A DNA stretch of 64,000 nucleotides from a virus: the IMG/VR virus record IMGVR_UViG_3300028583_001329; one strand, given 5' to 3'. Position numbers and translations under genes: made by a program. Of this stretch, positions 29,290-39,467 are shown piece by piece (within the stretch, counting starts at the first letter, position 1; every line of letters begins with the position of its first letter). The notes below the pieces were generated by a model. It did no database searches and was not told the origin of the DNA. It worked only from the letters and a program-made list of their open reading frames with translations.

Positions 29290-29492
29290 TCGTGTAAATT
29301 TATACACCGGAATGAATATAATATGACCTACCCTATGACATCACTAAACGCATTGCCTGCTTAGACAAGCATCTATGCCCATATGCCATAGCGTGGAAAA
29401 AAGCTATTCAACGTAATTTCAACTATACATTATCTAATGGACTAAACTAACATGCCATCGTCTTAAACGAGAACATTACCAAAGAGGTTAAC

Positions 29493-29951
29493 ATGAAAAA
29501 TACATTTAAACCGATCCTTCAAGATCACAAACAAGTTAGTACTTTACTTTCGTCATTACCTAAAGGTGACGACAGTGATGCAATACATATCCAGGCCCTC
29601 AACCCTGAAACAATGAACAGAGGTCCGCAAGATGTTGTTATTATTTGCGATGCAGTAGGTTACACAGATGCGTTGATAAACGCGTTTAAAGGTTTACATG
29701 GATTATTTACTCGCCATGTTCCTCTCACTGCACGTGAAGTAATGAGTGAAATCAACAACACCGTTAATCCGGGCAAGTTGAACTTCACATTCCTACCTAT
29801 TGATGCTAAAACCATCACTCAGCAGGAATTCATCGAAGCATTGCATGCTAAGGCCATTGATAGTCAGACTAAAGATCTGCAGTTAGTAACTATCGATTAC
29901 TTAAAACAATTAGACGAAAAAGATATGGCATTCATTTTCAAGAGTGCCTAA
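29493..29951 (+). CDS. hypothetical protein
   Basis: GAGG SD. Preceded by the promoter-like CAACTATACATTATCT at 29420-29435. Confidence 0.55.
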   Translation: MKNTFKPILQDHKQVSTLLSSLPKGDDSDAIHIQALNPETMNRGPQDVVIICDAVGYTDALINAFKGLHGLFTRHVPLTAREVMSEINNTVNPGKLNFTFLPIDAKTITQQEFIEALHAKAIDSQTKDLQLVTIDYLKQLDEKDMAFIFKSA

Positions 29952-29986
29952 TAGATGGGGTGGGGTGACCTGCCCTATCTATGCCG
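29952..29986 (+). terminator. hairpin + TATGCCG
   Basis: TAGATGGGGTGGG-GTGA-CCTGCCCTATCTA-TGCCG, with G-U pairs. Confidence 0.65.
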
Positions 29987-30064
29987 TAAAGGACACGCTA
30001 TCAAAACTTACATGCTAGCGTTACTTTATGAAACCCTTTAACCTAAATTTCAAGGAGCTAATCT

Positions 30065-30676
30065 ATGCCTGTGATTATAGAAGGCGGCGACGAAACATTC
30101 AGAGCCGTGGCCTATACTCCACCAAGCCCGTCCCTAACCGGGTTCTTATCTCAGCAACTAGATCAGTTCTCAGCTCAGATTCACCAAGGTGCACAACACT
30201 ACGTTGATCTAGCACGCCAGACTTTTGACTCATTTAACAGTTCAGAAGCGATGCGGTTAGCTAAAGCAGTACGGCGTAAGGTAGACAGCCTGTGGACGCG
30301 GGAAGGTATTTTTGCAATGACTGATATCGGTCAAATACAAAATGCCAACTTGACCATGCAGCGGTGGATTATGGCAGAGCCAACTATTCGTAACATGTAT
30401 CATCAGCAGCGTTGTGAGGGCTTTGCTGACAGCTATGTGGATATGCATCCAGGGGATGTGGGTGAGAGCCATTACGATTACCGCAGGGTAATGGACGGCT
30501 TAGTCGTAGAGCAAGAAGACGAGCTAGTAAGTGTCCAATACTTTGATGAGGTTCATGACGGAGACGAGCTTGATATTGACGAGCAGGTAGCCATCTTACG
30601 TACTTGGGATAGTGTCAAAAATGCTATTCACGAGAACAAAGAAGATCCTACCAGTCCCTTCAATGCGAGCCTGTAA
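30065..30676 (+). CDS. conserved chimallivirus protein
   Basis: AAGGAG SD. Part of the conserved block upstream of SbcD. Contains MQRWIMAEP and YDYRRVMDG. Confidence 0.55.
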   Translation: MPVIIEGGDETFRAVAYTPPSPSLTGFLSQQLDQFSAQIHQGAQHYVDLARQTFDSFNSSEAMRLAKAVRRKVDSLWTREGIFAMTDIGQIQNANLTMQRWIMAEPTIRNMYHQQRCEGFADSYVDMHPGDVGESHYDYRRVMDGLVVEQEDELVSVQYFDEVHDGDELDIDEQVAILRTWDSVKNAIHENKEDPTSPFNASL

Positions 30677-30686
30677 TGATAAATCT

Positions 30687-30714
30687 AAAGATGGACTTCG
30701 GTCCATCTTTTTTT
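30687..30714 (+). terminator. canonical intrinsic terminator (UUCG loop + U-tract)
   Basis: AAAGATGGAC-TTCG-GTCCATCTTT-TTTT. Confidence 0.75.
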
Positions 30715-30730
30715 GTTAAGGATACTAGCA

Positions 30731-31132
30731 ATGTCACAGAAAGTCCTACCCACCCTTACGGTTGATGGCTTTGTAAAAACAGTCCCTCAAACGTGCGACT
30801 ACCTTTTGGCTTATTTCTTCTTAAGCCAATACTCTCAAAGCAATATGTATTATGGTAAAATATCGTCACTGGCCTACATTATACAAGAACACGGTCATGA
30901 CGAGCAAACCATGCTATTGCGTATTCAAAGTACATTGACAACACTGTTTAATCGTTACTTTGATTCAGTAGAAGCCTCTGCAAGTATAGACAGAGATAAG
31001 GATAACGCTGCGCAGTATGAGATTATAACGAATCTAAACGTACGGCGCGGTAATGTTAGTTATAGCGTAGGGCGACAGGTTAGTCTAATTAACTCTGTAG
31101 TACAGAAAATCGTGGAATTAAATAATGGATAA
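30731..31132 (+). CDS. conserved chimallivirus protein
   Basis: ATG 30731 with AAGGA SD. LPTLTVDGFV..DYLLAYFFLSQYSQS. Confidence 0.55.
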   Translation: MSQKVLPTLTVDGFVKTVPQTCDYLLAYFFLSQYSQSNMYYGKISSLAYIIQEHGHDEQTMLLRIQSTLTTLFNRYFDSVEASASIDRDKDNAAQYEIITNLNVRRGNVSYSVGRQVSLINSVVQKIVELNNG

Positions 31133-31694
31133 TTCAAAATCAAAACAGCAAGAGATTAATGACAATATTTTGCTAAACAGTCACGTGCGTGACGCCATGA
31201 AGGTGTTGAACGAAGCAGCGGAAGAACACCCTACCATTGAGTTGGATTTGTTTGTTCGTACTTTCTTACCTGCCATAGGTCAAGAACATGACGAGGCGTT
31301 AAATATGGGACCGTGGCTAACAGTAGCAAAGAGCCCGTACAATCCAGTTGATGTTGTTAGCAATGGACAAGTGGTCTTTACTGTACCACCGTTATTAAAT
31401 CGACGACACACCCGCATCAACGAGCGTAGTCAAGATTCATTAACTACCCTTGCTGTTGTAGCCCAACAGAAATCAGATGCGCATCCACTTATGGGTCAGA
31501 CTTATCTACGAAACGGTCTGATGAACTACGTAGGTAAAACACGTGTTAATCCTAACGCATTGGCAGAGTGGAATCGTGTATTGACTAAATATGGATACGA
31601 GCCAATAGAGACAGAAGCCGTACCCGAATCTGTTAAGCCTGCCTCTGTATCAACTGCATCTCTGTACGACCCTGATGATGTGGATGAATTATAA
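31125..31694 (+). CDS. conserved chimallivirus protein
   Basis: Overlaps the upstream stop. Contains WLTVAKSPYNPVDVV..GQVVFTVPPL. Confidence 0.55.
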   Translation: MDNSKSKQQEINDNILLNSHVRDAMKVLNEAAEEHPTIELDLFVRTFLPAIGQEHDEALNMGPWLTVAKSPYNPVDVVSNGQVVFTVPPLLNRRHTRINERSQDSLTTLAVVAQQKSDAHPLMGQTYLRNGLMNYVGKTRVNPNALAEWNRVLTKYGYEPIETEAVPESVKPASVSTASLYDPDDVDEL

Positions 31695-31707
31695 GGATGT
31701 ATAGCCT

Positions 31708-32853
31708 ATGCGTAGCAAAGGTAAACACTTAGAGATAGCCTGTCTATCCGATATACACCTAGGACATGGTCTAGTCCCTACCAGCGATATTATCAATCGA
31801 CTGTATAAAGCACTACCTAGCAATGCTGAGTCTGATAAACTAGACATTATATTCCTTGCAGGTGATGTTTTTGATAAGCTGTTATTCCTACCTGACGCAC
31901 CAGTATTAGATATTCAGATTTGGATAGCTGATTTGTTTGAGTTGTGTCACCGCCACAATATCGCACTTCGGGTATTAGAAGGCACGCCTAGTCACGACCG
32001 TGGGCAGGGTAAGCAGTTTGAAATGATTTACTTGACGGTAGGGTATGATAGGGATGATAAGTTTGTTGACTTTAAATACGTTCCTACATTGTCGATTGAA
32101 TACATTGAGTTATTAGATATTAATGTACTCTACGTTCCAGATGAGTGGGACCATGACCCTGATATAACCTGGGAGTCGGTAAAAAACTTGCTGAAAGATC
32201 AAGGGTTAGAGCAAGTAGACTTTGCAGTCATGCATGGTAACTTTGAGTATCATTTACCCGACCACCTGAAAATACCCTGCCACCAATCAGAGCGTTATCT
32301 AGAAGTTGTTAAACATTATATCTTCATAGGTCACTTTCATACACACAGCGTGTATGATCGCATCATCACACAAGGGTCGTTTGATCGACTAGGTCATGGT
32401 GAAGAAGAACCTAAAGGTCACGTGAGGGTCAGGGTTAGCGAAGACGGCAATCACGATCGTGTTGAGTTTAGAATCAATCATGATGCCACCATGTTTGTTA
32501 CTATAGATGCAACCGGCATGGATGCAGCTGCGGTAATTAACAAAATCAAAGCACAAGACAACCTACCTAAGGGTAGTCACGTGCGTATTCAATGTACTAA
32601 CGATGGCGATGTTAAAAATGCCATTAGTACGCTTAGGGAACATTTTCCACACTACACAATAAAACTAAAAGTTGTCAGTGAGGAGAAAGTCGTTAACAGT
32701 GACGTTACAGGGTTAACCGCTAAGTATGAAGCGGTGGAAATATCATCTTCTAACGTCACTAAACTATTAGAAGAAAAATGCATAACCATGGGATTAGATA
32801 CTAACCGTATTGAACAGGTTAAAGCATTGTTAGATAGAGTACAAGCCCAATGA
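31708..32853 (+). CDS. sbcD: SbcD/Mre11-like metallophosphoesterase nuclease (phiKZ gp65-like)
   Basis: Motifs SDIHLGH, AGDVFD, GTPSHD, MHG, GHFH, and QGSFDRL..GEEEPKG. Confidence 0.88.
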   Translation: MRSKGKHLEIACLSDIHLGHGLVPTSDIINRLYKALPSNAESDKLDIIFLAGDVFDKLLFLPDAPVLDIQIWIADLFELCHRHNIALRVLEGTPSHDRGQGKQFEMIYLTVGYDRDDKFVDFKYVPTLSIEYIELLDINVLYVPDEWDHDPDITWESVKNLLKDQGLEQVDFAVMHGNFEYHLPDHLKIPCHQSERYLEVVKHYIFIGHFHTHSVYDRIITQGSFDRLGHGEEEPKGHVRVRVSEDGNHDRVEFRINHDATMFVTIDATGMDAAAVINKIKAQDNLPKGSHVRIQCTNDGDVKNAISTLREHFPHYTIKLKVVSEEKVVNSDVTGLTAKYEAVEISSSNVTKLLEEKCITMGLDTNRIEQVKALLDRVQAQ

Positions 32854-33389
32854 AACCAGAAACAAGATTAAAAATAGCCCTTCACCACACTATCATTACG
32901 TGTTCTAATTTTAAAGACAAAGATATTGATAAAATCCTTATCATGTTATCGAATTGGGACCTTGAAGTAGGTAAGCCGGTAGGTGGCGTTTACAGCAAAG
33001 TAGATGCCCTATTCCAAAAGACATTCCCAACCCCCGACTCGCTTGTTGAGTTTGTGGTGTCGGTAGAATACGGGTACATTAACCAGCACAATCTAAATCA
33101 CTACAGAAACATCATTGAGTTCTTAATGAGGACGTATGGTGAGTCTTTAGAGAGCATGACTGAAATCAAAACGTTTCTTAAAGTCATTGAGCGTAAAGCA
33201 GAAGGACCAAGAGAAAACTACTGCTGGGATAGTGAGACAATCCTACTGGATAAGCCTGCTTATAAAAGCGAGATAGGGTGGTTGTTGTTAGGACCTGGAT
33301 TTAAATTGCGCCAGGGCCAACTATCTAAAGAAGCAATGCATGCGCGTATAGATGCGTTGCTAGGAGAAAACAATGGATCTAACACGTGA
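32850..33389 (+). CDS. hypothetical protein
   Basis: ATGA overlap with sbcD and overlap with the downstream gene. Confidence 0.55.
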   Translation: MKPETRLKIALHHTIITCSNFKDKDIDKILIMLSNWDLEVGKPVGGVYSKVDALFQKTFPTPDSLVEFVVSVEYGYINQHNLNHYRNIIEFLMRTYGESLESMTEIKTFLKVIERKAEGPRENYCWDSETILLDKPAYKSEIGWLLLGPGFKLRQGQLSKEAMHARIDALLGENNGSNT

Positions 33390-34173
33390 GTTAGGTGAGT
33401 ATGGTATTAACATAGGTACGTCAGTTGCTTTAGAGGAAGGTTTTAGTCAACTAGAGACATTCCCTAAAACCTTTTGGGTAAACATACGTACCTTGCTCAG
33501 AAACACCTACGGTGCTATCAGCGATAACGTGGGTATTAGCGACATTGCTTTAATTGAAGCGATGGATGAAGAAATGGAAGGATTGGAAGCCGCCATTGTT
33601 GCATTGAGTAAAGAACAAACCTCAGTGGTATTCTACCATACGTCACATGCGACAATAGATAAACAGTTTCCTAAAGCTCAGCTTAAGAAGTTAAAGACAC
33701 CTGGACAGTTGCAATATCGCGTCATAGAACGTTCAGTGTGTAAGAAGCTTCTTTCGCAAAACACTAACATCCGCCAGTTTGACGTTGCTGTAAGAGGTGA
33801 CAGATCAACAGCCATGATGTTAAGTCATTACCCTATCGACTTGTTATCCCACACTTACTTTGATCGCCTAAGTCTTATAGAGAGCCATACAGGTGCGATA
33901 AAGAAAAAGGACAAATGGAATACCAAGTTGACCGGAGGTAAGCAGTTAACTCACATGCCTTTCAACAGCATGACGTTACAGGTGTATGGGGATGGTGCAA
34001 CTAATTTTAACACCATGCCACATCGTATTAAGGTCACGCTTAATGAGTTAGCTAAGGAGAAACGTTGGCACGCGTTAACTACCAAAGATAAAATGCTGTA
34101 TGATATCAACACCTTAACGGATAAGATAGCAGCCAGTTTTTACAAGCAACTGCTGGCTGTGAGTGTCAGATAA
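33373..34173 (+). CDS. conserved chimallivirus protein (phiKZ gp66-like by synteny)
   Basis: AGGAG SD. FWVNIRTLLRN and LLSHYPIDL..LIESHTG. Immediately upstream of ChmC. Confidence 0.55.
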   Translation: MDLTRELGEYGINIGTSVALEEGFSQLETFPKTFWVNIRTLLRNTYGAISDNVGISDIALIEAMDEEMEGLEAAIVALSKEQTSVVFYHTSHATIDKQFPKAQLKKLKTPGQLQYRVIERSVCKKLLSQNTNIRQFDVAVRGDRSTAMMLSHYPIDLLSHTYFDRLSLIESHTGAIKKKDKWNTKLTGGKQLTHMPFNSMTLQVYGDGATNFNTMPHRIKVTLNELAKEKRWHALTTKDKMLYDINTLTDKIAASFYKQLLAVSVR

Positions 34174-34226
34174 TACATAGACCAGCAATAACATGAAGAC
34201 AAATTAGCCCATAAAGGAACCCTCTA

Positions 34227-34928
34227 ATGGCCGATAATAACTTTCGCCGTCCACCTCGCAAGAAGAATGTGTTGGACGAGACAAAACTACGCCTTAGCGC
34301 CGATCCCGTATCTGGTTCTAAGCGTCGCCCTTCTCTTGCGTTTAGTGTGGTAAAGAACAACCCACGTATTGACATCTATACCAATGTAGAGGGTGATAAG
34401 AACAACGGTAACATCCGTGCAGCAATGGACGCGCCAGTATTCTTTGCTCTAATTGGATTGGTTGAAAAGGCCATTGAATCAGAACCAGGTCAGCGTTTTG
34501 TAATTCAAAACAAGAACTATAAATGGTTCGGCCAAGGTAAGAAATCTGATGCACCGGTAAACCTAAGCGATACCTTAGTAGGTAAGGATGCTGAAGGTCG
34601 TATCTTTATCAGCGTTATTGATAAAGAAGATAATAGCCGTCCTAAGATCAAGTTTATCTTTAGCTCAGGTTACTGGCATGACTTATTCCATGGTGATGGT
34701 TCACCATTTAGCGAAGCGGAAGATAGCGTACTGTGTGCCAAGGCATTTACTGAAATGCTTAAAGGTCTAGTACCGTTAGTTATGGCTAACGAATATACTC
34801 CACCACCACCTCGCGATCAACAAGGTGGATCTGGTTATGGCGGCGGTAATAAAGGCGGCGGCAATAACTACAATGGCGGCGGTCAGTCTTCGTCACCAAC
34901 CATTGACTTTGATGATGATATCTTTTAA
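34227..34928 (+). CDS. chmC: ChmC-like nucleus-associated RNA-binding protein (Whirly fold, disordered tail; phiKZ gp67-like)
   Basis: Located directly before the gp68-like subunit. Basic N-terminus, beta-rich core, and Gly/Asn-rich tail ending IDFDDDIF. Assignment rests on synteny and architecture. Confidence 0.7.
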   Translation: MADNNFRRPPRKKNVLDETKLRLSADPVSGSKRRPSLAFSVVKNNPRIDIYTNVEGDKNNGNIRAAMDAPVFFALIGLVEKAIESEPGQRFVIQNKNYKWFGQGKKSDAPVNLSDTLVGKDAEGRIFISVIDKEDNSRPKIKFIFSSGYWHDLFHGDGSPFSEAEDSVLCAKAFTEMLKGLVPLVMANEYTPPPPRDQQGGSGYGGGNKGGGNNYNGGGQSSSPTIDFDDDIF

Positions 34929-34947
34929 TCATCACGGTTAATTATTT

Positions 34948-34979
34948 AAAAGGTAGGCGCTGGCCTACCTTTTATGCCC
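34948..34979 (+). terminator. hairpin + TTTATGCCC
   Basis: AAAAGGTAGGC-GCTG-GCCTACCTTTT-ATGCCC. Confidence 0.75.
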
Positions 34980-34992
34980 ATTAGTGTATGCC

Positions 34993-35015
34993 AAACAACT
35001 TAACACCTACATTAT
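34993..35015 (+). promoter_or_regulatory. putative early promoter; 23-nt exact repeat with 39816-39838
   Basis: AAACAACTTAACACCTACATTAT upstream of the gp68-like gene. Confidence 0.65.
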
Positions 35016-35054
35016 TTAATCGAACCTTTCCCCTAACGATCAAAAGAGGTATAT

Positions 35055-36617
35055 ATGAAAATCACTATTGCACAGCGCAAGCCAAACGGAATAGCGTCTG
35101 TACTGACTAGCCATGGTGATCGTAGTCATGAGTGGATGTTAAGCCCGTATGAGCGTACGTCCTTTCAAAACCCTGATAACATTTTCAACAATGCCAATGC
35201 GTACTTAGAAAAACTAGATAAAGAAACGCAGCATCGCATTTGGTCCATCTATGACGATATCTATTTAGCATTTGAAGAAATAGAAAACATAGATGTACTT
35301 CAAGAAACAGTAACGGAACTTGTAAACCGGTTATACTCATTTATTGACGTAGATGCGCTGCGTCTATGGTGTAACCTCTACGGTGTGTATAACATGCCGC
35401 CTGATCTACAAGATACGTATAGTGAGGGCTTTACACGAGAACTTACTTATCTAAGAAGTGACTATAAAGGTCTATTGTTCTTAACTACCGCATTGCGATA
35501 CATGGTGCCTATTTGGGGTGAATACATTAAACGTAATAAGGCAGAGATAGGTACGGCATATAAGGAATACATGGCAACAGCGTTAATAGGTCAGTCTGAT
35601 TTATACGAGACACCTGAGATCGCCCGACTAATCGAATACATCGAAGCACGTATCGGTAACCAAGATACATTGAAGCCTACTACCATACATGGTGGTCTAG
35701 GTAGCGTGCAGCAGACAGATTGGTTATTGTCACGTACTCTACTAGGTCGTATTGCTGTAGCGGAAACTGATAAACCCGATGGGTCTATCATCTCTACTAT
35801 CTATAACGTTATTACCAATCTCATTGAGAACATGGATAAAACGTTTGGTTCAGGTGGGATGATATTAGACATAGATCGTTATCGACCTAAGCGTGGTGAG
35901 GAGCGTGAGGATAATGATTCAGTTGCAGAGAACCTGCAAGTGTCGCAGCGTGTATCAGATGTACATCCTATCATAGCCGAGACCTATGTATCTAAGTACG
36001 TGGACATGGCTAAGGAGCTTTCTCCAACAGTACCGATACGGTTGGTAAAGGAATGTGTAGTAAGGTTAACCAAAGCGGACGATTTAGACATTGAACCGTT
36101 CAGAGTTAACCTGGTGGCGATAATTGCATCAGAGGCAGTCTCTATACGTTCTCTGCATTCACTACACCACCCGGAGTTATTGCGACTAATAGGTGTTGCA
36201 CAGGCTATATTGATCCATCATGGATTTGATGATCTAGCCCATGTGTTAACAGCCCGTTGTCAGCCGCAAGACCCAACCATTATTAAAGGTGATACGTATA
36301 GTAATAATACGCGTTCACGACTTACTAAAGACAATGTAGATGCGTTGATGAGACTTTATCCACATTACAAGTTAAAGACTCGTCCAGGTGAACGTAAGAA
36401 AACAGATTGCGAGGGTGTTGAATTTATAGAGGGATTCAATAAACATACCCAAGCGTACGATTGGTTCTACAATTCACCTGACACATTGTTACAAAAGTCT
36501 ACCCCGCCAGCAGTAAATGGCAAACCGTTATTGATCTCTACAGATATTAGAAACCAACTGGCTAGTATGCTTCTAACATTCTTAGATCGACCGGTACAGT
36601 CTGAGCAGACTGTTTAA
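35055..36617 (+). CDS. non-virion RNAP sigma-like specificity subunit (phiKZ gp68-like)
   Basis: 520 aa in the conserved ChmC - gp68 - PicA - gp70 - beta - beta' order. Contains LRYMVPIWGEYI. Confidence 0.75.
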   Translation: MKITIAQRKPNGIASVLTSHGDRSHEWMLSPYERTSFQNPDNIFNNANAYLEKLDKETQHRIWSIYDDIYLAFEEIENIDVLQETVTELVNRLYSFIDVDALRLWCNLYGVYNMPPDLQDTYSEGFTRELTYLRSDYKGLLFLTTALRYMVPIWGEYIKRNKAEIGTAYKEYMATALIGQSDLYETPEIARLIEYIEARIGNQDTLKPTTIHGGLGSVQQTDWLLSRTLLGRIAVAETDKPDGSIISTIYNVITNLIENMDKTFGSGGMILDIDRYRPKRGEEREDNDSVAENLQVSQRVSDVHPIIAETYVSKYVDMAKELSPTVPIRLVKECVVRLTKADDLDIEPFRVNLVAIIASEAVSIRSLHSLHHPELLRLIGVAQAILIHHGFDDLAHVLTARCQPQDPTIIKGDTYSNNTRSRLTKDNVDALMRLYPHYKLKTRPGERKKTDCEGVEFIEGFNKHTQAYDWFYNSPDTLLQKSTPPAVNGKPLLISTDIRNQLASMLLTFLDRPVQSEQTV

Positions 36618-36653
36618 ACCCCCTTTTAAAAAATAACTACGTAAATAGGAAGT

Positions 36654-38150
36654 GTGAAAATGCTACAATCTAACATGACAGTACAACGTTTGATGTTCTT
36701 CGAGATGGGCAGCTACCATGCGTTAGCTCTCCGCCCATACCAAACACACACGGATGCTCAGTCTATAGGTATTTTCAATGACGTGACTAACGGTGGTACT
36801 AACCTAAGTACCAATGCAGTAGCGCAAGGCTGTGATGGCTTAGTAAGACCATCAGCACAGGCTGCTGGAATGGCAAACATAGCAGGAGGATGGGATGAAC
36901 GTCGCTTTGTATTCCTCATGCATGTCTCTTTTGAGAAAATGGGTGTCACTATTTATCAAGTATTATCTGGTTACACTGACCGTTTTGATCTTAGTCTAAA
37001 TGGGACATTGAGCCCTGACATGATGCTGCACTTCAATAACTCTGTTGAAATTAGACAGAGTGCTATATTAGGTGCAAACGGCCGACAAATGCAAATGTCA
37101 GTACGCGATGCGTCACACATCCTTACAGATAGCGTTGGTGGTGTTAACCAAAATGGATATCCAGGAGGCTGGGGTGCAGGTACGCAGAGTCTGAACTATT
37201 CGTGCAGCATGCGTCCAATGGATATCTTCCATAGAAGTGGAGTTCCTAGTGTGCTTCACGAAAGCTCTTATACCAACAATGCTGTTGATGGTCGTGTGAG
37301 CTTCCTACAAGGACCTAAGAAGAGCCGACGCTCTAACTCATCAGCCCCTGTGTATCTAAGTCGTCTGCTAACTGCACAGCAAACAGCAGAAAGAAACAGC
37401 TTAGACGCAATGGACGATGACCAAACGATCCACAACGCAGCAGCGGGTCAGGTAATTGAGCAAAGCATGATGGATGATGGTTTCATCTCAACACTAGATA
37501 ATCACAGCCAGATCATGTCAACCGCAGCAATTAGTTATGGCGAGTTATGCTCATTTAACCCCCACGTAGATGGTATTACTCAAGTTATTAAACGTAAAGC
37601 TGGTGCTCCAATGCGTCACGGTCGTGATTCAAACCACTGGAACGGTGCTAACAATGAAACACTTATTGCTACAATCCTAAGTCACTCAGTGCCTGCGCTG
37701 ATGCTAGATCTGATGCTATTAGGTGTAGAGTTTACAGCAACTAACAGTACAATAGATAGCGATTACGCAGTTGCCGTAACTGGTGCTAACAGTTTTGCTG
37801 AAGGTATCGACTTGCAGCCATATGTAACACGTTTCATTGACCGTTTGAAGTTTGAGATACTATCGGATATTTCGCGCCGTAACCGCATCTCATTTGGCAT
37901 CCACATGCGCTGTGATGTGGTAGCAGACACAACCATAGATATCACGTTAGACGGCAATACAGAGCGTTTCACGATGCCTAGCTTCTGCGATGCATTAGCA
38001 ACACCTGTATTTACCACACAACGTACCGATCTAGATAACGTTGCTAACGACATTATGTCAATTAGTAACAACCTAGAGGCCACGGCAGCAATGCACTACG
38101 ACCATGGTCAATCGCCTATAGTAACCCCCTTTGACAATCAAGGAGTATAA
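36654..38150 (+). CDS. picA: PicA/Imp1 nuclear import factor (phiKZ gp69-like)
   Basis: About 498 aa directly after gp68 (ATG 36660 is the likelier start). Contains ANIAGGWDERRFVFLM and CSMRPMDIF. Confidence 0.72.
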   Translation: MKMLQSNMTVQRLMFFEMGSYHALALRPYQTHTDAQSIGIFNDVTNGGTNLSTNAVAQGCDGLVRPSAQAAGMANIAGGWDERRFVFLMHVSFEKMGVTIYQVLSGYTDRFDLSLNGTLSPDMMLHFNNSVEIRQSAILGANGRQMQMSVRDASHILTDSVGGVNQNGYPGGWGAGTQSLNYSCSMRPMDIFHRSGVPSVLHESSYTNNAVDGRVSFLQGPKKSRRSNSSAPVYLSRLLTAQQTAERNSLDAMDDDQTIHNAAAGQVIEQSMMDDGFISTLDNHSQIMSTAAISYGELCSFNPHVDGITQVIKRKAGAPMRHGRDSNHWNGANNETLIATILSHSVPALMLDLMLLGVEFTATNSTIDSDYAVAVTGANSFAEGIDLQPYVTRFIDRLKFEILSDISRRNRISFGIHMRCDVVADTTIDITLDGNTERFTMPSFCDALATPVFTTQRTDLDNVANDIMSISNNLEATAAMHYDHGQSPIVTPFDNQGV

Positions 38151-38152
38151 CC

Positions 38153-39373
38153 ATGAGCCGCCTAATAAATCTTTATAAAACCATACTGACCTCGGCGGGT
38201 CTTGAGTCTGATGCGCAAGGACGTATCTATCAAAAGTTAGCAGGGGAGTCGATCCCCTGTACAGTAGGTGAGAAATCGCTATTGCTGCCAACCAAAGAAG
38301 TATTGAAAGATACGGACTGGACAAGCGCTATTGCATTTCATCCACTTAGTGAGAACGTGGCTCGTGGTGAGTCACCTATTATCAAGAAGCTTAAAGAGCT
38401 ACTACTTACGCGTGCTACTCGTGTATTAGATGGTTTAGCGTTTCAACTGCTATCAATGGCGGCGAATACGCAAACGCATGAGAAGTTCTCACCGGCACAA
38501 CTTGAATACCTGACGTACCTTAAAGATGCAGATGGTAAGATGGTAGATGCTTATCGCAAGATGATAGGTTCGGTGACCATTGATGGCAAGCACCGTTTGA
38601 TTAACATGTACCTAAAACGCTCAGGTACACTTAACGGTACTAAGTACGCCCGTCTTTGTATTACCAGCTTACCAATACTGGATAAGTCTGATGAGAGTGA
38701 ACGAACGCTATTTGGCCATAAGGTGAGAAAACGTGACTTTACCTCTATCCCTCAGTTATTTGAATACATCCTACCTGGTGTTAACGAAAACGCATACAGC
38801 TACGGTACGCATAACAAAACGGCACCTTTCTTCCATGCGCTAATGCTAAGCTACCTTAACATCGCTAAACAACTTAACCAGCGTGTTGAGATGTTTAAAG
38901 AGCATCTAGTAGATGTGGATGACTTGCTAATTGATGTAAGCTTTGAAGCTGAGATGGGTTGCCTATCAGACATGCGTGATGAGATTCCACCACTAGAAGG
39001 TAATCAGGGTGATGTTGAAAATAAAGCCCCAGACACTACAGCTAGCGTGGCTACGCCTGGTAATGCACCAGCATCAACACCTAAGCCAGTAGAATCTAAA
39101 CCATCGGCTCCTGCTAAGTCAGGCGGTGCTCGTGAATGGAATACCATATCAGGAAACCGTGGTCATGGTAACGGCTACCAACCAGCAAACACTGGATGGA
39201 GTAATGCAGCGTATGCGCCACCACCAAGTGGTCGTGCTGCGGCAATGCAGAAACAACGCCAGGTTGCTTACAACAATTCACCTTGGAATCAGGGTCAGAA
39301 TGCTGGATGGGGTAACCCGCAGCCACAGAACACAGGTTGGAACCAAGGTGGTTACAACGGTGGTGGCGTTTAA
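38153..39373 (+). CDS. conserved nucleus-cluster protein (phiKZ gp70-like) with low-complexity G/N/Q/W tail
   Basis: Follows PicA. Contains AIAFHPLSENVARGES. Last about 85 aa are prion-like. Confidence 0.6.
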   Translation: MSRLINLYKTILTSAGLESDAQGRIYQKLAGESIPCTVGEKSLLLPTKEVLKDTDWTSAIAFHPLSENVARGESPIIKKLKELLLTRATRVLDGLAFQLLSMAANTQTHEKFSPAQLEYLTYLKDADGKMVDAYRKMIGSVTIDGKHRLINMYLKRSGTLNGTKYARLCITSLPILDKSDESERTLFGHKVRKRDFTSIPQLFEYILPGVNENAYSYGTHNKTAPFFHALMLSYLNIAKQLNQRVEMFKEHLVDVDDLLIDVSFEAEMGCLSDMRDEIPPLEGNQGDVENKAPDTTASVATPGNAPASTPKPVESKPSAPAKSGGAREWNTISGNRGHGNGYQPANTGWSNAAYAPPPSGRAAAMQKQRQVAYNNSPWNQGQNAGWGNPQPQNTGWNQGGYNGGGV

Positions 39374-39381
39374 ATAATAAA

Positions 39382-39431
39382 GACGGCATAAGTAGAGGGG
39401 TCAAACCCTCTACTTGTCTTTTTTTGCCGTC
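39382..39431. terminator. bidirectional hairpin between convergent genes
   Basis: AAGTAGAGGG/CCCTCTACTT stem with U-tract on +. GGCATAAG on the left reads CTTATGCC on -. Confidence 0.75.
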
Positions 39432-39467
39432 AGGCTGTCGATTTTTACATAGTAAACAGATAATATG

